Source of the DNA: an uncultured Propionibacteriaceae bacterium
Lineage (GTDB): Bacteria > Actinomycetota > Actinomycetes > Propionibacteriales > Propionibacteriaceae
DNA: 64,000 bases
Direction: 5' to 3'
Assembly (NCBI GenBank): GCA_964585085.1
Contig: CAZPCM010000001.1
Span: 29,500-93,499 of the forward strand
Shown in pieces: positions 33,208-43,607 of this stretch. The notes beneath the pieces are model-generated. The model was given only the letters and a program-made list of their open reading frames with translations. It did no database searches and was not told where the DNA came from. Positions within the stretch are counted from its first letter, which is position 1. The number at the start of each line of letters is the position of its first letter. The translations under genes and the position numbers were made by a program.

Positions 33208-34577
33208 GCCGGGACGGACTCGCCCAGGCCGTGGCGAAGATGCGCGGCGCCGGCCAGGACGAAACCGCGGTCGCGGTCTTCGCGCACTACTACTCCCTGG
33301 CCGCTTCCGGAGCGACCGGCCTGATCGGCGAGGATACGATCAAGCCGCTGGCCGACCTCCCCCGGATCACCGACCTGCGCGTCGACGACACCCAAGCCCG
33401 GGAGGCATTCGCGCACACCGCGATCATCAGACTGAACGGCGGCCTGGGCACCTCGATGGGCCTCAACCGGGCCAAAACCCTGCTCCCGGTCCGCGACGGC
33501 CTGACCTTCCTCGACCTCATCGTCGCCCAGGTGCAGCACGCCCGGCAGCACCACCAGGTGCGGCTGCCGCTGCTGTTCATGAACAGCTTCCGCACCCGCA
33601 CCGACACTCTGGCCCACCTGGAGCGCTACCCCGACCTCGCCGTCGACGGACTGCCGCTTGACTTCCTGCAAAGCGCCGAACCGAAGATCCGCGTCGACGA
33701 CCTCACCCCAATCGCCTGGCCCGACGACCCGTCCCTGGAATGGTGCCCACCCGGTCACGGCGAGGTCTACACCCGGCTGGCCTCCTCCGGCCTGCTCACC
33801 GCACTCATCGACCGGGGCTACCGCTACGCGAGCATCGCCAACGGCGACAACCTCGGCGCCGCCCCCGACCCGAGGTTGGCCGGCTGGTTCGCCGCCTCCG
33901 GCGCCCCCTACGCCGCCGAGGTGTGCGTCCGGACCGCCAACGACCGCAAGGGCGGGCACCTCGCCGTCCGGCGCAGCGACGGACAGCTGATCCTGCGCGA
34001 TACCGCGCAGACCCCCGCCGACCAGCTGCACTACTTCACCGACGAACACCGCCACCGCTACTTCCACTGCAACAACCTGTGGCTCGACCTCACCCGTCTC
34101 CACGACCGTCTGGCGCGGTCCGGGCCCGTGCTCGGGCTGCCACTGATCCGCAACGAGAAGACCGTCGACCCCAGCGACCCCGGCTCCCCCGCCGTCCTGC
34201 AACTGGAGACCGCGATGGGCGCCGCCATCGAGGTCTTCCCCGGCGCCCAGGCGATCGCCGTCGAACGCGACCGCTTCCTGCCGGTGAAGACCACCAACGA
34301 GCTGACGCTGCTCCGCTCCGACGTGTTCACCCTCGGAGCAGACGGCCGGCTAACCGCCACCGTGCCCCGGCTGCCTGAAATCGACCTCGACCCGCGCTAC
34401 TTCAAGACCATCGACCAATTCGACGCACGCGTGCCCGTCGTCCCGTCCCTGCGCCACGCGCACTCCCTGCGGATCCGCGGCGACTGGACCTTCGACCAGC
34501 CCGTCAGCGTGGTCGGGGACGGCGTTCTGGACGACCCCGGTTCGCCGCAGAGCGTGGTTCCCGGGTCACTTGGTTGA
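33204..34577 (+). CDS. ugpA: UTP--glucose-1-phosphate uridylyltransferase, eukaryote-like UDPGP/UgpA family (possibly broad UDP-sugar pyrophosphorylase)
   Basis: RLNGGLGTSMG, WCPPGHG, NGDNLGA, KGGH, QLETAMG and RFLPVKTT motifs; 4-nt overlap with galE. Confidence 0.88.
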   Translation: MSRDGLAQAVAKMRGAGQDETAVAVFAHYYSLAASGATGLIGEDTIKPLADLPRITDLRVDDTQAREAFAHTAIIRLNGGLGTSMGLNRAKTLLPVRDGLTFLDLIVAQVQHARQHHQVRLPLLFMNSFRTRTDTLAHLERYPDLAVDGLPLDFLQSAEPKIRVDDLTPIAWPDDPSLEWCPPGHGEVYTRLASSGLLTALIDRGYRYASIANGDNLGAAPDPRLAGWFAASGAPYAAEVCVRTANDRKGGHLAVRRSDGQLILRDTAQTPADQLHYFTDEHRHRYFHCNNLWLDLTRLHDRLARSGPVLGLPLIRNEKTVDPSDPGSPAVLQLETAMGAAIEVFPGAQAIAVERDRFLPVKTTNELTLLRSDVFTLGADGRLTATVPRLPEIDLDPRYFKTIDQFDARVPVVPSLRHAHSLRIRGDWTFDQPVSVVGDGVLDDPGSPQSVVPGSLG

Positions 34578-34646
34578 CCAAGTCGGGCCGGTGATCGACG
34601 AAGTCGGCCCCGCGTGCCACTCTGGAAATCGGGACAAGGAGGAGCG

Positions 34647-35195
34647 ATGAGCAGAACGAGACAACAGGCCGCCCCCCACGCGACCTACTCCGACCCGCCA
34701 GCGACGCAGCGACTGCGCAACGCGGCCTGCTCCGGCGCCTTGGTGGCCACGGCGGCGGTGGCTGGTTCGATCGCGAGCCGGCCCAACGATGAGTGGTACC
34801 GCACCCTGGACAAGCCTGCCTGGCAGCCGCCCCCGATCGCGTTCCCCATCGTGTGGACCGCCCTGTACGCCGACATCGCCGGCACCTCGGCCGCCGTGTT
34901 GAGCGAACTCGAACGTCGTGGGGACCATGACGGGGCCGCGCAGCATCGCAAGGCACTGGCGACGAACATGGCGCTCAACGCTGCCTGGAGTTGGCTGTTC
35001 TTCCGCTGGCACAACCTGCCCGCGGCGACCTTCGGTGCTGGCGTGCTCGCGCTCAGCTCGATCCGGCTGGCCAAGCGCGCGAGTCGGGTGGATCCGCGGT
35101 TCGGCCGGTTGCTCGCCCCGTACGCCGCCTGGACGTCGTTCGCCACCGTCCTGGCCGGGGTGGTCTGGTCGCGCAACCGCGACCGGGAGACCTGA
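34647..35195 (+). CDS. tspO: TspO/MBR family sensory membrane protein
   Basis: ATG after AGGAGG; WYRTLDKPAWQPPPIAFPIVWTALY, LNAAWSWLFF and LLAPYAAWTSFATVL motifs. Confidence 0.92.
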   Translation: MSRTRQQAAPHATYSDPPATQRLRNAACSGALVATAAVAGSIASRPNDEWYRTLDKPAWQPPPIAFPIVWTALYADIAGTSAAVLSELERRGDHDGAAQHRKALATNMALNAAWSWLFFRWHNLPAATFGAGVLALSSIRLAKRASRVDPRFGRLLAPYAAWTSFATVLAGVVWSRNRDRET

Positions 35196-35528
35196 GCCCC
35201 GGAGCGGACGCGTCCGCGCGCGTCGAGCCGGTCGGCGGGCCAGGCCACTGGAACAGGCCAGTGGCAAGACGCGACGGTGGCGACTCTCGATGGGAATCGC
35301 GAGGCCTCGCCGAGCGAGGGCCCGGTCATCGAGTGTCGCCATCGTCACACCGGCGACACTCCCGACCGTAGCGACACTCCCGACCGTGCTCACGCGGGCG
35401 CTCGCGGCGGTGTTCTCCAGCACGATCCTCTTGACTTCCCGTGTCAACTGGCCGACCCGACCGCAGGGGCAGATACGGTCGCCGACGCGCCCATCAGGAG
35501 TATTTTGTCGGGGACGTGAACAAACCCC

Positions 35529-35599
35529 TTGACAGGTGGCCGCCGCAGGCCCCAAGATGAAGCCACGGCTGATGCAAAGCGCTTAGACAAAGCGCATTG
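35529..35599 (+). promoter_or_regulatory. Promoter (TTGACA 35529-35534, CAAGAT 35553-35558) with tandem LacI-type operators CAAAGCGCTTAG (35575-35586) and CAAAGCGCATTG (35588-35599)
   Basis: CG-centred AAGCGCTT-type palindromes immediately upstream of a LacI gene that heads an operon. Confidence 0.65.
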
Positions 35600-35618
35600 A
35601 CCAACGAGGAGGTCCGCC

Positions 35619-36641
35619 GTGGTGACGATGCAGGACGTGGCCCGCCGCGCGGGCGTCTCGGCCGCGACGGTCTCCTTCGCCTTGAACAACACCCGTCCGG
35701 TGGCGCCGGCCACGCGGCAGCGCATCGAGGCCGCGATGGCCGAACTGGGATTCCGCCGGAACGCGCTGGCTCGAGGGCTCGCGTCGCGTCGGAGTCGCAT
35801 CCTCGCGCTCGCCCTGCCCGCGGGGCGGTCGGGGCTCAACTCCACGGTCATGGAGTTTGTCGCCGGCGTGACGGAATCGGCTCGCAGCCACGGCTACCAC
35901 CTCGTCCTGTGGCCCCTGGGCCACGACCAGGCCGACGAACTCTCCAACCTGTGCCGCCAGGGCCTTAGCGACGGCGTGATCCTGATGGACGTCCACCTCC
36001 AGGACCGCCGGGTGGACGCGGTCCTGGCCGAGCGGGTCCCGGCGATGCTCATCGGTCGCACCGCGGATCTGAGCATCCCCCATGTCGACGTCGACTTCGA
36101 GGCGACCGCGCGCGACGCCGTCCGCTACCTGGCCAACCTCGGCCACGCTCGACTCGGCTTCATCAACCATTCCCAACGCGCCTTCGAAGCCGGCTACGGA
36201 CCCGCCGTCCGCGTCGTCGACGGGCTGGTCCGTGCCGCGGCTGAAGCGGGCGTGACCTGCGAACAGCGCTTCGCCGACGAGTCGGCCGAATCCGGTCGGG
36301 TCACCGTCCACCACCTGCTGGACGAGCACCCGGAGATCACCGGGATCATCGTGATGAATGACGACGCCAGCTTCGGCGTCCTCCAGGCCGCTCGGGAGCG
36401 GGACCTCAGGGTCCCCGACGACCTGTCGATCCTGTCCATCGTCTCCTCGCCCGGCAGCAGCGAGCAAACCTTCCCGGCGCTGACCACCTTCCACGCCCCA
36501 GGCCTGGAACTGGGTCGCCTGTCGGCGACCGCCCTCATCGGCCTTCTGGAACATCCGAACGATCCGACACCGCGATCCGCACTCTTGCCCTGCACCCTCG
36601 CCGAGGGACACAGCACGGCGCCCGCACCAGACCGTCCCTGA
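35619..36641 (+). CDS. LacI-family transcriptional regulator
   Basis: VTMQDVARRAGVSAATVSFALN helix-turn-helix; PALTT motif. Confidence 0.95.
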   Translation: MVTMQDVARRAGVSAATVSFALNNTRPVAPATRQRIEAAMAELGFRRNALARGLASRRSRILALALPAGRSGLNSTVMEFVAGVTESARSHGYHLVLWPLGHDQADELSNLCRQGLSDGVILMDVHLQDRRVDAVLAERVPAMLIGRTADLSIPHVDVDFEATARDAVRYLANLGHARLGFINHSQRAFEAGYGPAVRVVDGLVRAAAEAGVTCEQRFADESAESGRVTVHHLLDEHPEITGIIVMNDDASFGVLQAARERDLRVPDDLSILSIVSSPGSSEQTFPALTTFHAPGLELGRLSATALIGLLEHPNDPTPRSALLPCTLAEGHSTAPAPDRP

Positions 36642-36677
36642 CCACCACCGCACCGATCACCGATAGGAGAACAACCC

Positions 36678-37982
36678 ATGCCCTCATCTCGCAGACTCCG
36701 AGGTCTCGCGGCCGCGAGCCTCGCCCTACTCCTGCCCCTGGCCGCCTGCTCGTCCGGCCCCTCGACGACGACCGCCGCCAGCGGTGACTCGCTGACCGTC
36801 TGGCATTACGAGAGCGACGAGTCCGCGATGGCCAAGGCCTGGAACAAGGCCATAGACATCTTCAAAGCCGAGCACCCCGGGGTGACCGTGAAGGTGGAAA
36901 AGCAGACCTTCGAGCAGATCCAGAAGAACGCCAAGATCGTGCTGGCCGGCGACTCCGTTCCCGACGTCATGGAGTACAACAAGGGCAACGCGACCGCAGG
37001 CGTCCTGGCGTCGGAGGAACTCGTCACGCCGCTGACCGCAGAAGCCACCAAGCGCGGCTGGGACGCCAAACTCCCAGGCGCCCTGCAGACCACCGCCCGG
37101 TACTCCGCACAGGGCCTGATGGGCTCGGGCGACTGGTTCGGCGTCCCGAACTACGGCGAGTACGTCACCGTCTACTACAACAAGGATCTGTTCGCCAAGC
37201 ACGGCGTGAAGGTGCCGACCACGCTCGCCGAGTTCGAGTCGGCCATGGACACCTTCGCCAAGAAGGGCGTCACTCCGCTCGCCGCCGCCGGCGCGGAGTA
37301 CCCGATGCAGCAGGTCTGGTACCAGTTGGTGCTGGCTAACGCGAACCGTGACTTCGTCAACAACTTCCAGCTCTTCGCCTCCGACGTCGACTTCCACGGC
37401 CCCGAGATGACCAAAGCCGCCGAGACCCTCGACTCCTGGGTCAAGAAGGGCTACGTCTCCAAGAACTCCGCAGGCTTGAAGGCTGAGGACATGGGCGTGT
37501 CGTTCATCAACGGCAAGTTCCCGATGATGATTTCCGGTTCCTGGTGGTTCGGCCGGCTCAAGAGCGAGATCTCCTTCAACTGGGGCTCGTTCCTGTTCCC
37601 GGGCAACACGCTCAACACCGGCGCGACGGGCAACCTGTGGGTCGTCCCCGAGAACGCCAAGGCCAAGGGCCTGGCCTACGACTTCATCGACATCACCCTG
37701 CGCCCTGAGATCCAGAACGTGCTCGGCGCCGAGGGCGGCCTGCCCCTGGCCGGTGACTCGTCAGCGATCAGCGACCCCCAGGTGCGGGCGTTCACCGAGG
37801 ACTTCGGCAAGGTGCTCAAGGCCGACGGCCTCGCGTTCTACCCCGACTGGCCGGTCGCCGGGTACTACGACGTGCTCGTCTCGGGCTTCCAGTCGCTGAT
37901 CAACCAGACCAAGTCGCCGAGCGAGGTGCTCGACTTCATCGCCAAGCCGTACGCCGAAGGCAAGGCCGAGATCAAGGGCTGA
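36678..37982 (+). CDS. Carbohydrate ABC transporter substrate-binding lipoprotein
   Basis: Lipobox LPLAAC; PDVMEYNKG and YYNKDLF motifs. Confidence 0.92.
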   Translation: MPSSRRLRGLAAASLALLLPLAACSSGPSTTTAASGDSLTVWHYESDESAMAKAWNKAIDIFKAEHPGVTVKVEKQTFEQIQKNAKIVLAGDSVPDVMEYNKGNATAGVLASEELVTPLTAEATKRGWDAKLPGALQTTARYSAQGLMGSGDWFGVPNYGEYVTVYYNKDLFAKHGVKVPTTLAEFESAMDTFAKKGVTPLAAAGAEYPMQQVWYQLVLANANRDFVNNFQLFASDVDFHGPEMTKAAETLDSWVKKGYVSKNSAGLKAEDMGVSFINGKFPMMISGSWWFGRLKSEISFNWGSFLFPGNTLNTGATGNLWVVPENAKAKGLAYDFIDITLRPEIQNVLGAEGGLPLAGDSSAISDPQVRAFTEDFGKVLKADGLAFYPDWPVAGYYDVLVSGFQSLINQTKSPSEVLDFIAKPYAEGKAEIKG

Positions 37983-38047
37983 GCCGAGACCGGATCGGGT
38001 GGAGCCGGCCCCACGGCTCCACCCACCACGCGCCGCAGGAGAACAAC

Positions 38048-39004
38048 ATGACCCAACTCGCCGCACCGCCGGCCGTCCGCGAGCGTCGGCACCGCGCCAC
38101 TTCCACGAACCGCTCGGCCGGCTACTGGCCCTACCTGGTGCCCGGCGCGATCGCCTTCCTCGTCGTCATCGTCATTCCGTTCGGGATGAACTTCTACTAC
38201 TCGCTCACCGAATGGAAGGGCGGACGACGCCCTCCGGTGTTCGTCGGGGCCCAGAACTACCTGGACCTGCTGTCGGACGCCAACTTCTGGATCTCGTTCC
38301 GCACCTCGCTGGCCATGATCGTCGCCATGGTGATCCTGCCGACGCTGATCGGCCTGATCCTGGCCGCGGTGCTGTTCGACTACATCGGCAAGAAATTCAA
38401 CGGCAAGGTGGCATCGTTCCTGCGGGGTGCCTACTACCTGCCGCAGGTGCTGCCGGTGGCGGTCGCCGGTGTGCTGTGGGGCTGGATCCTCAACGCCGAG
38501 ACCGGTGCCCTCAACATGGTCCTGCGCACGATCGGAGTCGCCGACCCGCCCAACTGGCTGGGCGACGTCTCGACCGCGTTGCCGTCGGTGATGATGGTCA
38601 TGGTCTGGGTCCAGATCGGATACCCGGTGGTCATCTTCATGTCCGCCCTGGAGCGGGTCGATCCCGAACTGTACGAGGCCGCCGAGATCGACGGCGCCGG
38701 CTGGTGGCAGCGCTTCCGCGCGATCACCCTGCCCCAGATCAAGCCCGAGACATTCGTCATCGTCCTGACCTGCACGATCGCCGCCCTGAAGGTGTTCGGC
38801 CCTATCTACGTCCTGACCTCGGGCGGGCCGGAGAGTTCCACGCTGGTGCCGTCGTACTACTCGTACCTGAACTTCTTCCCCAAGTCGAAGGTCGGCTACG
38901 GCGCCGCCATCGCCAACGTGCTGACCGTCCTGATCATCGTCGTCTCGGTGGTCATCACCAGCCTGCAGAACCGTTCCGCCCGCAAGGAAGAAGAGGGCCA
39001 CTGA
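38048..39004 (+). CDS. Carbohydrate ABC transporter permease
   Basis: LYEAAEIDGAG EAA motif; transmembrane segments. Confidence 0.93.
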   Translation: MTQLAAPPAVRERRHRATSTNRSAGYWPYLVPGAIAFLVVIVIPFGMNFYYSLTEWKGGRRPPVFVGAQNYLDLLSDANFWISFRTSLAMIVAMVILPTLIGLILAAVLFDYIGKKFNGKVASFLRGAYYLPQVLPVAVAGVLWGWILNAETGALNMVLRTIGVADPPNWLGDVSTALPSVMMVMVWVQIGYPVVIFMSALERVDPELYEAAEIDGAGWWQRFRAITLPQIKPETFVIVLTCTIAALKVFGPIYVLTSGGPESSTLVPSYYSYLNFFPKSKVGYGAAIANVLTVLIIVVSVVITSLQNRSARKEEEGH

Positions 39005-39005
39005 C

Positions 39006-39857
39006 ATGACCGCCATCGCGCAAGCCGACCGGCACCATCGTGGCGCTCTGCGCTGGATCATCCTCGCCGGCGCCGTGGTCGCCGCGATCCTGATGCTCGT
39101 CCCGTTCGGGATCATGGTGCTCAACGCCTTCAAGGCTCCCGCGGACTACTCCGCCAACGGTCCGCTCAGCTGGCCGCAGGAGTTCTACACCCAAGGCCTG
39201 GTGACCTTCTGGAATCGCACCAATTTCCCGGTGAAGATGTGGAACTCGTTCTTCATCTCCGGCATGGTCGCCGTCCTGGCCGCCCTGATCTCGCTGCTCA
39301 ACGCCTTCGCCCTGGGCATCGGACGGGTGAAGGGGAACATGGGCATCGTCACGCTCTTCCTGCTGGCCAACATGCTCCCCCAGGAAGTGCTGATCTACCC
39401 ACTGTTCAAGATGGCCCAGGCAGTCGGGCTGGGTGACAACCCGTGGTCGGTGATCATCATCTTCAGGGTGATCCAGTCCGCCTTCGGTACCTACCTGCTG
39501 GCCTCGGTGCTGGGGACCTTCCCCAAGCCGCTGCTCGAAGCGGCCGCCCTCGACGGCGCCGGACGCTGGCGGATCCTGTGGCAGGTCGTCTACCCCGTGG
39601 TCCGGCCGACCGTGGTCGTGCTGATGATCTTCTTCTTCATCTGGACGTGGAACGAGTTCTTCATCCCCCTGGTCATGCTGACCACCCCGGACAACCAGAC
39701 CGTGCCCATCGCCCTGGCTTCGCTGCAGGGCGACCGGCTGATGGACGCGCCCACCACCAACGCCGGTTCACTGCTGTCGGTGATCCCGGCCGTGGTCTTC
39801 TTCTTCCTCTTCCAGCGCTCACTGACCCGCGGCATCACCGCCGGGGCCGTCAAGTAA
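39006..39857 (+). CDS. Carbohydrate ABC transporter permease
   Basis: LLEAAALDGAG EAA motif; WNEFFIPL motif. Confidence 0.93.
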   Translation: MTAIAQADRHHRGALRWIILAGAVVAAILMLVPFGIMVLNAFKAPADYSANGPLSWPQEFYTQGLVTFWNRTNFPVKMWNSFFISGMVAVLAALISLLNAFALGIGRVKGNMGIVTLFLLANMLPQEVLIYPLFKMAQAVGLGDNPWSVIIIFRVIQSAFGTYLLASVLGTFPKPLLEAAALDGAGRWRILWQVVYPVVRPTVVVLMIFFFIWTWNEFFIPLVMLTTPDNQTVPIALASLQGDRLMDAPTTNAGSLLSVIPAVVFFFLFQRSLTRGITAGAVK

Positions 39858-39873
39858 CCCACGAAGGATCGTC

Positions 39874-42141
39874 ATGAAGTTCACCGACGGCTACTGGATG
39901 CTGGCCGACGGCGTCCAAGCCACCTACGCCACCCATGTCCGTGACCTGGAGACCGACGGCAGTTCGCTGACCGCCTACGCCCCGTCCGCTCTCATCACCT
40001 CGCGGGGCGACACCTTGAACCGTCCGCTTCTCACCGTGCGCTACTCGACGCCGATGCCCGACGTGATCCGGGTCCAGGTGACCCACCACGCCGGCGGGAT
40101 CGACCCCGGACCGCGGTTCGAACTCCACCGGCAGCCGGTCGAGCCCGAGATCCGCATCGACGCGGACGAGGGGGTGCTCACCTCCGGAGGCCTGACCCTG
40201 CGCCTGCAGCGCGGGGACCGCTGGGCGGCCGGTTTCGAAGCCGGCGGGCGCACCCTCGTCCGCGAAGCCGACAAGTCGGCGGCCCTGATGACCATGCCGG
40301 ACGGCGCCGTCCACACCCGCGCGCAGCTGGTGCTCGGGGTCGGCGACCTGGTCTACGGGCTGGGCGAACGATTCGGTCCGGTGGTCAAGAACGGCCAGCG
40401 GGTCGACATCTGGAACGCCGACGGCGGCACCAGCTCCGAACAGGCCTACAAGAACGTTCCGTTCTTCCTCACCAACGCTGGCTACGGCGTGTTCGTCAAC
40501 CACCCCGAGCAGGTTTCGTTCGAGGTCGGCAGCGAGGCGGTTTCGCGGGTCCAGTTCTCGGTCCCCGGGCAGGGCCTGGACTATTTCATCATTCATGGGC
40601 CTTCGCCGAAGGAGATTCTCAGCCGCTACACCGCGCTGACAGGGCGGCCGCCCCAGGTGCCCGCTTGGTCGTACGGACTGTGGCTGACCACCTCGTTCAC
40701 CACCAGCTACGACGAGGCGACGGTGACCTCCTTCGTCGACGGCATGGCCGAGCGCGGCATCCCGCTCAGCGTGTTCCACTTCGACTGCTTCTGGATGCGC
40801 GAGTTCCACTGGTGCGACTTCGTCTGGGACCCGGCCACGTTCCCCGACCCGCCCGGCATGCTGGCCCGGTTGCACGAACGCGGACTGCGGGTGTGCGTGT
40901 GGATCAACCCCTACATCGCCCAGCGCTCAGAGCTGTTCGACGAGGGCCGCCGGCTCGGCTACCTGGTGCGACGACCGGACGGCAGCGTCTGGCAGTGGGA
41001 TCTGTGGCAAGCGGGGATGGGCCTGGTCGATTTCACCAATCCCGACGCCACGGCGTGGTTCCAGGCGAAGCTGGCGACCCTGCTGGACATGGGCGTCGAC
41101 TGCTTCAAGACCGACTTCGGCGAACGCATCCCCACCGACGTGGCGTGGTTCGACGGCTCGGACCCGGCGGGGATGCACAACTACTACACCCAGCTCTACA
41201 ACGAGGCGGTGTTCGAGGTGCTCCGGGAGCGCCGGGGCGAGGGCGAGGCCGTCCTGTTCGCCCGGTCGGCGACCGCCGGCGGGCAGCAGTTCCCGGTCCA
41301 TTGGGGCGGTGACTGCGACTCCAGTTGGGAGTCGATGGCCGAGACCCTGCGCGGCGGCCTGTCACTGGCTTACAGCGGCTTCGGCTACTGGAGCCACGAC
41401 ATCGGCGGGTTCGAGGGCACCCCGGACGTCGGTGTCTTCAAACGCTGGCTCACTTTCGGCCTGCTGTCGAGCCATTCCCGACTGCACGGGTCCGGCTCCT
41501 ACCGGGTCCCCTGGGCCTTCGACGACGAGGCCGTCGAGATCACCCGCCGCTTCACCCGACTGAAGGCGCGGCTGATGCCTTACCTGTTGGAGCAGGCGCG
41601 GGCCGTCACCGCCGAGGGATGGCCGCTGTTGCGGCCGATGCTGCTGGAGTTCCCCGACGACCCGGCCGTGGAGCATCTCGACCGGCAGTACCTGCTCGGC
41701 TCATCGCTGCTCGTCGCCCCGGTGTTCAATGCCGAGGGGACCGTCCGCTTCTACGTGCCCGCCGGCCCCTGGACGAACCTGCTCACCGGTGAACGCCTGG
41801 TCGGCCCCCGCTGGGTGACCCAGACCCACGGGTTCGACACGCTGCCGCTGCTCGTGCGCCCCGACTCGGTGCTGCCGCTCGGCGCAGGTGAGGACGGTCC
41901 CGTCTACGACTGGGCCGACGGCGCCGAACTGCTGCTGCACGAACTGGCAGACGGGCACCGCTCGACGGTGGTCGTGCCGGGCGCTGCGGGAGACCGGAGC
42001 TTCCAGGTGACAAGGACGGGCAGCCGCATCGAGGTCACCGCAGGCGGCTCGCAGCCGTGGTCGGTGCGGCTGCCGGGCGGCGACCCGGTGACCGCCCCGG
42101 CAGGCACTTCGTCGATCGTCCTCGACCTGGACGGGGCCTGA
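39874..42141 (+). CDS. yicI: Alpha-xylosidase, GH31 (YicI-like)
   Basis: MKFTDGYW start; GTSSEQAYKNVPF, HFDCFWM, FKTDFGERIP, HWGGDC and WSHDIGGFE motifs. Confidence 0.93.
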   Translation: MKFTDGYWMLADGVQATYATHVRDLETDGSSLTAYAPSALITSRGDTLNRPLLTVRYSTPMPDVIRVQVTHHAGGIDPGPRFELHRQPVEPEIRIDADEGVLTSGGLTLRLQRGDRWAAGFEAGGRTLVREADKSAALMTMPDGAVHTRAQLVLGVGDLVYGLGERFGPVVKNGQRVDIWNADGGTSSEQAYKNVPFFLTNAGYGVFVNHPEQVSFEVGSEAVSRVQFSVPGQGLDYFIIHGPSPKEILSRYTALTGRPPQVPAWSYGLWLTTSFTTSYDEATVTSFVDGMAERGIPLSVFHFDCFWMREFHWCDFVWDPATFPDPPGMLARLHERGLRVCVWINPYIAQRSELFDEGRRLGYLVRRPDGSVWQWDLWQAGMGLVDFTNPDATAWFQAKLATLLDMGVDCFKTDFGERIPTDVAWFDGSDPAGMHNYYTQLYNEAVFEVLRERRGEGEAVLFARSATAGGQQFPVHWGGDCDSSWESMAETLRGGLSLAYSGFGYWSHDIGGFEGTPDVGVFKRWLTFGLLSSHSRLHGSGSYRVPWAFDDEAVEITRRFTRLKARLMPYLLEQARAVTAEGWPLLRPMLLEFPDDPAVEHLDRQYLLGSSLLVAPVFNAEGTVRFYVPAGPWTNLLTGERLVGPRWVTQTHGFDTLPLLVRPDSVLPLGAGEDGPVYDWADGAELLLHELADGHRSTVVVPGAAGDRSFQVTRTGSRIEVTAGGSQPWSVRLPGGDPVTAPAGTSSIVLDLDGA

Positions 42142-42183
42142 GCCGGCCCTGGGCGGGGCGGGCCGCTCGCCGGTGAGCCCCGC

Positions 42184-43347
42184 TCAGCCTGCGATGGAGG
42201 CAGGGTCGGCGAGCAGCGGCGCGAACGCCAGGCCGGCGGCGCCGATCATCAGGAGGTTCGACCCCAGTTCCGACGCCGCGATCTGGACGCCCTCCAGTGA
42301 GGGGTTGAGCGTTGAGGCGGCCACCGCGCGCTCCAGGAGGTCCTGATCGTAGGCCAGCAGAGCCGCCAGGAAGCCGCCGAGCACGACGAGCTGGGGATTG
42401 AAGACGTTGATCGCCGCGGCGAGAGCCGTGCCGAGATGGCCCAGCTGACGTTCGACCACAGCGGCGATCCGCGGCGATCTGTCCGCCAGCAAGGCGGCCT
42501 CGAATTCGCTGGGCTCCGCCCGCGTCAGGGCCAGGGCTTCTAGCAGTTCCGCCCGGGTGACCTCGGCCTCCAGCGTTCCGGCGATCCCGGCGGAGTCGGT
42601 CACGGCGGAACTGGACACCCGGATGTGGCCGAGCTCCCCCGCGTACCCGGCCGCCCCCATGAGCGCCGACCCGGCCACGATCACGCCGCCACCGATGCCG
42701 GAAGCCCCGCCGTTGACGTAGATCAGGTGATCCTTGCCCCGGCCTGCGCCGAACTCGTGCTCCGCCAGCGCTCCCAGTGAGGCGTCGTTGGCGACCCGCA
42801 CCGGAAAGCCGGTCGCCGCCGCCAACGGCTGCGCAAACGGCTCGTCGTGCCAGTCCAGGTGCGGCGCGTTGCGCACGAGCCCGTCCTCGGTGCGCACCTG
42901 CCCCGGCACCGCGACGCCGATCCCGACCACGAGCAACTGCTCCAGTTCCACTTCCATGCCGGCCACCACCGCGGCGGTGATGCTGAGCACCTCGGCGGCG
43001 GTGGGGATCCGGTCGTACTCGTGCCTGATCGTCCGCCGGATCTGCCCGTCCAGGCCGACCAATCCGATGGTCAGTGCGTCGATCTCGGGGTTCACCGCTA
43101 TCGCGACCACCTCGGGACGGATGCTCACGACCGGGCTGGGCCGTCCCACGTGACCCTGGGGATCCGGATCACGCTCGGCGACGAGCCCCAGTTCGGCCAG
43201 GTCGCCGACCAGGCTGGCGATGGTCGAGCGGTTCCTCCCGGTGCGCTTGCTCAGCTGTGCCCGTGACGCCGGCCCCTGACGATGCAGTATCCGAAGGATC
43301 GCCGAGAGGTTGGAACGTCGAACGTCCTCGGTGGTCACTGCCTCCAT
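42184..43347 (-). CDS. xylR: ROK-family transcriptional regulator (XylR-like)
   Basis: Probable ATG 43347 (MEAVTTEDVRRSNLSAILRIL); GRPSP, NDASLGALAE and GYAGELGH motifs; divergent from xylA. Confidence 0.85.
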   Translation of the reverse strand: MEAVTTEDVRRSNLSAILRILHRQGPASRAQLSKRTGRNRSTIASLVGDLAELGLVAERDPDPQGHVGRPSPVVSIRPEVVAIAVNPEIDALTIGLVGLDGQIRRTIRHEYDRIPTAAEVLSITAAVVAGMEVELEQLLVVGIGVAVPGQVRTEDGLVRNAPHLDWHDEPFAQPLAAATGFPVRVANDASLGALAEHEFGAGRGKDHLIYVNGGASGIGGGVIVAGSALMGAAGYAGELGHIRVSSSAVTDSAGIAGTLEAEVTRAELLEALALTRAEPSEFEAALLADRSPRIAAVVERQLGHLGTALAAAINVFNPQLVVLGGFLAALLAYDQDLLERAVAASTLNPSLEGVQIAASELGSNLLMIGAAGLAFAPLLADPASIAG

Positions 43348-43541
43348 CGCGCTGCGCCTCTCTCGGTGCTGTTCTGCCGCGTCGGAGGCTGGCCGTCTGC
43401 CGCCTTCCAGGTCGTGCACGAGGCAGGGCTGTGTTTGTCCCACGCACCAACATAAACGGTGGCGCGTCGCACGGCAACGACGAATCACTCAGCCTGCCTG
43501 CGAGCTCTGGGTGGCCCGGAAGCGCGATTCGATGTTGGTAC

Positions 43542-43579
43542 TGGACAAGCGGTGCTTCCCGCTATAAGTTGTGAGCAAC
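43542..43579 (+). promoter_or_regulatory. xylA promoter (TGGACA-17 bp-TAAGTT) overlapped by a GTTG-N4-CAAC palindrome, candidate XylR site
   Basis: TGGACA 43542-43547, TAAGTT 43565-43570, GTTGTGAGCAAC 43568-43579. Confidence 0.5.
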
Positions 43580-43607
43580 AACATTTAATCCGCGTGATTG
43601 GACTCCC

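Noticed and set aside
35353-35447. 17-bp tandem repeat (35353 and 35371) and TTGAC-N7-GTCAA (35431-35447)
   Set aside because: Only two copies, and the 7-bp spacer does not fit an Fnr box; no function can be supported.
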